Shown here: positions 60,586 to 64,000 of the stretch, in pieces
How positions within the stretch are numbered: position 1 is the stretch's first letter
Layout: each line of letters starts with the position of its first letter
Source of the DNA: Gemmatimonadota bacterium
GTDB taxonomy: Bacteria > Gemmatimonadota > Gemmatimonadetes > Gemmatimonadales > GWC2-71-9
Direction of reading: 5' to 3'
Assembly: GCA_003222205.1 (NCBI GenBank)
Contig: QHVC01000043.1
Location: 1,944 to 65,943 of the forward strand
Length of the DNA: 64,000 bases
Notes under the pieces: model-generated
The model's database searches: none
What the model was told of the DNA's origin: nothing
What the model saw: the letters and a program-made list of their open reading frames with translations, nothing else
Translations under genes and position numbers: made by a program

Positions 60586-62340
60586 TTAGGGAACCGGCCT
60601 GTGTGAGTGCACCCAAGCCACCCGCACGTCCTCGCGGTCCCTTCCCAAAGGCGCAAGGTACGAAATCCACTCGCCCTCCCGGAAGACTTCCATGCCCGGG
60701 AACTGAGCTTTGATTTCAGCGTCCCCAATCTGCGTGTAGCGCTGCGTCGCGATGTGTCGTAATACCCGGTCCGTGCTATCAGCCAGAATCCACAGAATCA
60801 CCGGGGGATCAACCTGGGCGCGCAGGTATTGAGGGTAAAGGCGAGCAATGGCTTCCTTAGCCCAGCGCACCAGGACTTCGTTCGGTGGAGGGAGCCGGCG
60901 ACCTGCCGAGACACCGTCGCCCCCGACTGCCCGCAGCCGGATGGAGGCACCTGACACCACCGCCAGGCTCCTCGCGGCCCCTTCCGAGGAGAGAGCGCGA
61001 TTGGTGTCCTGAACTCTCGCGACGCCCACACTGCTCTTCGGGCTGTGCAGCCACAGCCAAATGACCGGAGGACTGTTCTCTCGAACCGCCCCAGGTCCGA
61101 AGAGAGTGACGGAATACCACGCCAGGGTGTCGTAGCCCGGTACAATGCGGCTGGCTTCGGCGGTACTCACGCTGTTCGATGAGCCGGCCGCGACGCCGCT
61201 GCGAACGATGGTGCCGTCGCTATCCGCGATGAACCACACACGCGCCTGCGTATCGCCATAGCGTGCGAGTAGCTCCTGATACCGGCTACGCAAGATGTCC
61301 CTTGCCGATTCCACGGCACCGCTAACTGATGAAGCGCCCGTCGTCGAGACACCTGCGCCAGTCACTGAGGCGCTGCCTCGCGTCGATGGGGAGCCCAGCG
61401 TGGCGACAGGTCCCTCCGGGGTCACTGGCCTCGGCGCCTCGCACGCGATCGCCAGGGCCACTCCGGCTGCGGCGGTGAGCCCTACGGCGTGGGCCGCGAA
61501 CCGACGAGGACGGGCCTCGGTCATCCGCCGGATCCGTCGCTCCAGGAACGACATCGGCTCGGTCAGCGCCGGCGCAAACGGCAGCCGCGCCGAGATCCGG
61601 CGACCCACCGACAACAACAGCTCCCCGTAGGCCGACAGGTCCGGCGCGCGCCGCAGTACCCGGGCGTCACAGTCCATTTCGATCGCCAGCCGCAGGCGCC
61701 GCACCTGCCACCACAACGCCGCGTTCCACGGCATCGCTACGAGGGCGAGCGCGGCGGCGACCAGCAGCCACGGATCCCTCGCGGCGAGATGCTCGGACTC
61801 GTGCATCAGCATCAGGCGCTGCAGGCGCGCGTCCAATTCGAGCGCCCATTCGGGAACGACGATGCGCCCTGCTGGGATGCCCGCAACGGCCGGCCCAATG
61901 TCCGCTGAGACCAGAACCGTCCTGCCGTCGAGGGAAGTCGGGCGCCACGACCGCTTGAGCCGCCACAGCCGCAGGGCCGCGAGGCCCCCGAGCGCAAGGA
62001 GCGTCGCGGAAGCGATTCCCCAGGCGATGGACAGGGGTCGGTCGAGGTCGGTGATCGAGAAGCGCGGCGCGGCGACACTCGCTCTCGAGGATGCGATCGT
62101 CGGTCTGGCGCTAGCTTTCAACGAGACCGCCGGAGCGGCTGCGACCGGGATTGCGATCGGCGTGAACGCTTCCGGCTTGACGAGCGCGAGAGCGGGCAGC
62201 ACGAACGAGCCCGCGAGCGCGCCCACCCACACCCAGCGGCTAGGCCGCTCCACGAGATGCAGCCCGCGCTCCAATGCCAGCCCTGCGCCCACGATCAGCA
62301 GGGCGAGAGTCGAACAGTACAGCATCCAGGCGGCGATCAT
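60586..62340 (-). CDS. BlaR1/MecR1-type M56 peptidase signal transducer with a duplicated unclassified C-terminal sensor region
   Basis: ATG at 62340 overlaps the blaI stop (ATGA). TM helices are followed by the zinc motif HESEHLAARD. Confidence 0.8.
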   Translation of the reverse strand: MIAAWMLYCSTLALLIVGAGLALERGLHLVERPSRWVWVGALAGSFVLPALALVKPEAFTPIAIPVAAAPAVSLKASARPTIASSRASVAAPRFSITDLDRPLSIAWGIASATLLALGGLAALRLWRLKRSWRPTSLDGRTVLVSADIGPAVAGIPAGRIVVPEWALELDARLQRLMLMHESEHLAARDPWLLVAAALALVAMPWNAALWWQVRRLRLAIEMDCDARVLRRAPDLSAYGELLLSVGRRISARLPFAPALTEPMSFLERRIRRMTEARPRRFAAHAVGLTAAAGVALAIACEAPRPVTPEGPVATLGSPSTRGSASVTGAGVSTTGASSVSGAVESARDILRSRYQELLARYGDTQARVWFIADSDGTIVRSGVAAGSSNSVSTAEASRIVPGYDTLAWYSVTLFGPGAVRENSPPVIWLWLHSPKSSVGVARVQDTNRALSSEGAARSLAVVSGASIRLRAVGGDGVSAGRRLPPPNEVLVRWAKEAIARLYPQYLRAQVDPPVILWILADSTDRVLRHIATQRYTQIGDAEIKAQFPGMEVFREGEWISYLAPLGRDREDVRVAWVHSHRPVP

Positions 62341-62711
62341 GATTTCCTCCCGCGCAAACGCTCGTCGAGCAGGCGCCGCAACCGCCGCAGCTCGGCGGCC
62401 GACAGCCCCCGCTCGCTCACGAGCTGCGTGAGCAGCAGCTCCGGCGACCCCTGAAACAGCTTGTCCACCATGCGGCGCAACGCGCGCGCGCCGGCCGCCT
62501 CCCGCTTCACGAGCGGCTTGTAGCGGTGCGCTCGGCCCTCCTCTGCGTGGCCGACATATCCCTTCTGTTCCAGCGTGCGGAGAACGGTGAGCACGGTCGT
62601 ATAGGCGAGCTTGGCCGGCAGCCGCTCCTGAACCTCGGCAACGGTGGCGGAGCCCAGGGTCCACAACTCACCCATGACGTCCAGCTCGCGGTCGGTGAAG
62701 GTCGGTTTCAC
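62337..62711 (-). CDS. blaI: BlaI/MecI/CopY family transcriptional repressor
   Basis: 124 aa; ..ELDVM..LW..G.ATV.EV...L......YTTVLT.L..LE.KG.V........H.Y.P.. is the family winged-helix pattern. Confidence 0.88.
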   Translation of the reverse strand: MKPTFTDRELDVMGELWTLGSATVAEVQERLPAKLAYTTVLTVLRTLEQKGYVGHAEEGRAHRYKPLVKREAAGARALRRMVDKLFQGSPELLLTQLVSERGLSAAELRRLRRLLDERLRGRKS

Positions 62712-62719
62712 GGAAGGTC

Positions 62720-62742
62720 TCTACTACTAGTGTTGTAGTAGA
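62720..62742. promoter_or_regulatory. Candidate BlaI operator 1 (TCTACTAC-N7-GTAGTAGA)
   Basis: Perfect 8-bp inverted repeat located 9-31 nt upstream of the blaI GTG. It abuts the putative -10 element. Confidence 0.55.
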
Positions 62743-62770
62743 TGGTAGGACAGGCGGCGCGATTTGTCAA
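62742..62770 (-). promoter_or_regulatory. Putative blaI-blaR1 promoter (TTGACA-N17-TACCAT)
   Basis: The minus strand reads TTGACA (62765-62770), a 17-nt spacer, then TACCAT (62742-62747). Confidence 0.4.
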
Positions 62771-62788
62771 CTATGCTTCTAGTAGTTG
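62768..62788. promoter_or_regulatory. Candidate BlaI operator 2 (CAACTA-N9-TAGTTG)
   Basis: 6-bp inverted repeat overlapping the -35 element. Its right half contains ACTACTAG in inverted orientation relative to operator 1. Confidence 0.35.
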
Positions 62789-63462
62789 GGAGTGCCTCCT
62801 TGTGGCGAGACCGCCACATCCCGGTGCCGGTCCGCCCACCACGCCCACGTCACCGTCACCGCCTCCAGCACCAATCCCAACGTGACCATCGCGCTCACGC
62901 TCGGCGGCGGCGCTCCGTTCGCATCCACGGCATACAGGGCGGCCAGCACCACCACGAGCCCCCACCATCCCCATCGTCCAATGGCATCCCGCGCCCTGGT
63001 CGTCCGCGCGTACAGCCACACCCCGGCGACGAACAAGAGACTCTCGACCACGACGGTCCCGGCGACTGAGTTCCACAACCCCAGGCCGAGCTTCGTGTCG
63101 AGCCCCGGCGCGAGCGGCATGTCGGGCCGATGGGTCACCCAATCCAGCACCCAGTGGCTCACCACGCCGACAAAGATGGCGATCGCGCCGGCCCGGTACT
63201 TCGTGACGCCGTAGTAGATCCCGCCGAACACCAGCCCCCACACGCAGTCCATGAGCAGGCTGTGCGACCAAGGGTAGTACTCGAGGTCCAAGGGATTGAA
63301 CGCCATCAGGCCGGGAACGATGCGCACGCGCTCGACGCCGAGCAGCACGAAGATCGGCCAGAGGATGTCGGCGAGGAGGGGAGCGGCGAGCAGCGGACCC
63401 AGCGAGGCCTTGGGAGCAACCCTCTTCGACGCGAAGCCGACGGCGAAGTGTCCGATGAACAT
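62779..63462 (-). CDS. Membrane-bound metal-dependent hydrolase (YdjM/DUF457-like)
   Basis: ATG at 63462. MFIGHFAVGF.... and ..SHW.LDW.TH.. sit in a polytopic membrane context. The longer ORF to 63588 runs into the tmRNA gene and is rejected. Confidence 0.6.
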   Translation of the reverse strand: MFIGHFAVGFASKRVAPKASLGPLLAAPLLADILWPIFVLLGVERVRIVPGLMAFNPLDLEYYPWSHSLLMDCVWGLVFGGIYYGVTKYRAGAIAIFVGVVSHWVLDWVTHRPDMPLAPGLDTKLGLGLWNSVAGTVVVESLLFVAGVWLYARTTRARDAIGRWGWWGLVVVLAALYAVDANGAPPPSVSAMVTLGLVLEAVTVTWAWWADRHRDVAVSPQGGTPNY

Positions 63463-63470
63463 GGGGGGAA

Positions 63471-63825
63471 TGGAGGCGCGGGGAATCGAACCCCGGTCCG
63501 AATCTGACTCCGATGCCGCTCCTACGTGCGTAGGCGACGCTTTTTGAGTCTCACTACCGTGGCGCCTCGCCGGCCCCGGCAGCAACAAGCCCTTTTACAA
63601 CTCTCGCGCAACCCGTTCGGGCCCCGGGTCACACCAGCCCGACTTTGCGATACGTGAGCGCCGCCTCAGGCGGGCTGCCACTCACGCAGGTGCGTAAGCC
63701 GAAGCTTACGCAGCCAGGGCCAACTCAGTGTTGGCAGTTAAAAAGTGCCAGTTGTTTTTCGAGGTGACTGACGACCTCGGCACGCAGCAACACCCTCATC
63801 AAACCCGTCGAAACCTGTCGCCCCC
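63471..63825 (-). ncRNA. ssrA: tmRNA (SsrA), tag peptide (A)ANTELALAA
   Basis: The minus strand starts GGGGGCGACAGGTTTCGACGGG and ends GGACCGGGGTTCGATTCCCCGCGCCTCCA. The 7-bp acceptor stem contains a G3-U pair. The tag reading frame GCC AAC ACT GAG TTG GCC CTG GCT GCG TAA lies at 63706-63735. CCA is not encoded. Confidence 0.93.
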
Positions 63826-63835
63826 CGAGGCCAAC

Positions 63836-64000
63836 CTAGTCGCCCGGCCGCGCCTTTTCAACTCGGTTGCGCCCCGCCTCTTTGGCGCGGTACAGCGCCG
63901 CATCGGCCGCGCTGCGCAGGTTGTTGATGTCGCGCACCGTCTCGGGATACGCCGCGACGCCGCACGACGCCGTCATCGGGTACGGCGTGCTGTTCCAGCG
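63836..64000 (-). CDS. GGDEF-domain (diguanylate cyclase) protein, C-terminal fragment (continues beyond window end)
   Basis: The minus-strand frame reads ..TASCGVAAYPETVRDINNLRSAADAALYRAKEAGRNRVEKARPGD*, the conserved GGDEF-domain C-terminus. The stop lies 10 nt before the tmRNA 5' end. Confidence 0.8.
   Translation of the reverse strand, partial: RWNSTPYPMTASCGVAAYPETVRDINNLRSAADAALYRAKEAGRNRVEKARPGD

Noticed and set aside
60586-63470. Genomic island integrated at the 3' end of ssrA (lower-GC blaI/blaR1 region)
   Set aside because: No integrase gene is present, and I found no direct repeat of the tmRNA 3' end within the window. The GC dip is confined to parts of individual genes.
62779-63588. 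Longer 269-aa version of the YdjM-like ORF
   Set aside because: Its first 42 codons run through the tRNA-like 3' domain of the tmRNA gene. The conserved family N-terminus (MFIGHF..) starts at 63462.

Overview
High-GC (~70%) bacterial chromosomal segment, almost entirely coding (about 65 protein genes plus one tmRNA). No rRNA, tRNA, CRISPR array, transposase or integrase was recognised. Phylum is not determinable here; the style resembles Gemmatimonadota/Acidobacteriota, but that is only a guess. Genes lie in long co-directional strings whose junctions are mostly 1-8 nt start/stop overlaps (ATGA, GTGA, TTGA). Housekeeping content: RNase E/G (partial), mgtE, a minus-strand string ptsN-aspS-phoH-pgpH-ybeY-corC-corC-meaB-methylmalonyl-CoA mutase-carboxyltransferase-S8 peptidase-AtuA-enoyl-CoA hydratase, rlmN, folK-panB-panC, trpD / lexA / trpC-trpB...trpA, truA, fsa, a purB-purC-psd-pssA-purS-purQ-...-purL-purF string, ppdK, a blaI-blaR1 pair and ssrA (tmRNA). 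Main second-look items: (1) arrays of an 8-bp unit GTCSGAC-N at three loci, one forming a 76-nt hairpin in frame inside meaB and two sitting 6-8 nt after an upstream stop codon. (2) An eRF1-like (baeRF) protein with an intact GGQ, translationally coupled between the two methylmalonyl-CoA mutase subunits. (3) A HEAT-repeat protein, an HD-GYP protein and a polytopic GAF-MCP protein spliced by overlapping start/stop codons between and after trpB and trpA. (4) A lower-GC four-helix-bundle (23S rRNA IVS/Avd-like) gene bracketed by inverted arrays of a 10-bp GGAG-rich unit. (5) G10 and G9 homopolymer tracts in the linker of a VWA-like lipoprotein that is coupled to an unclassified polytopic membrane protein. 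All calls come from reading the sequence and the ORF translations; no database search was possible.
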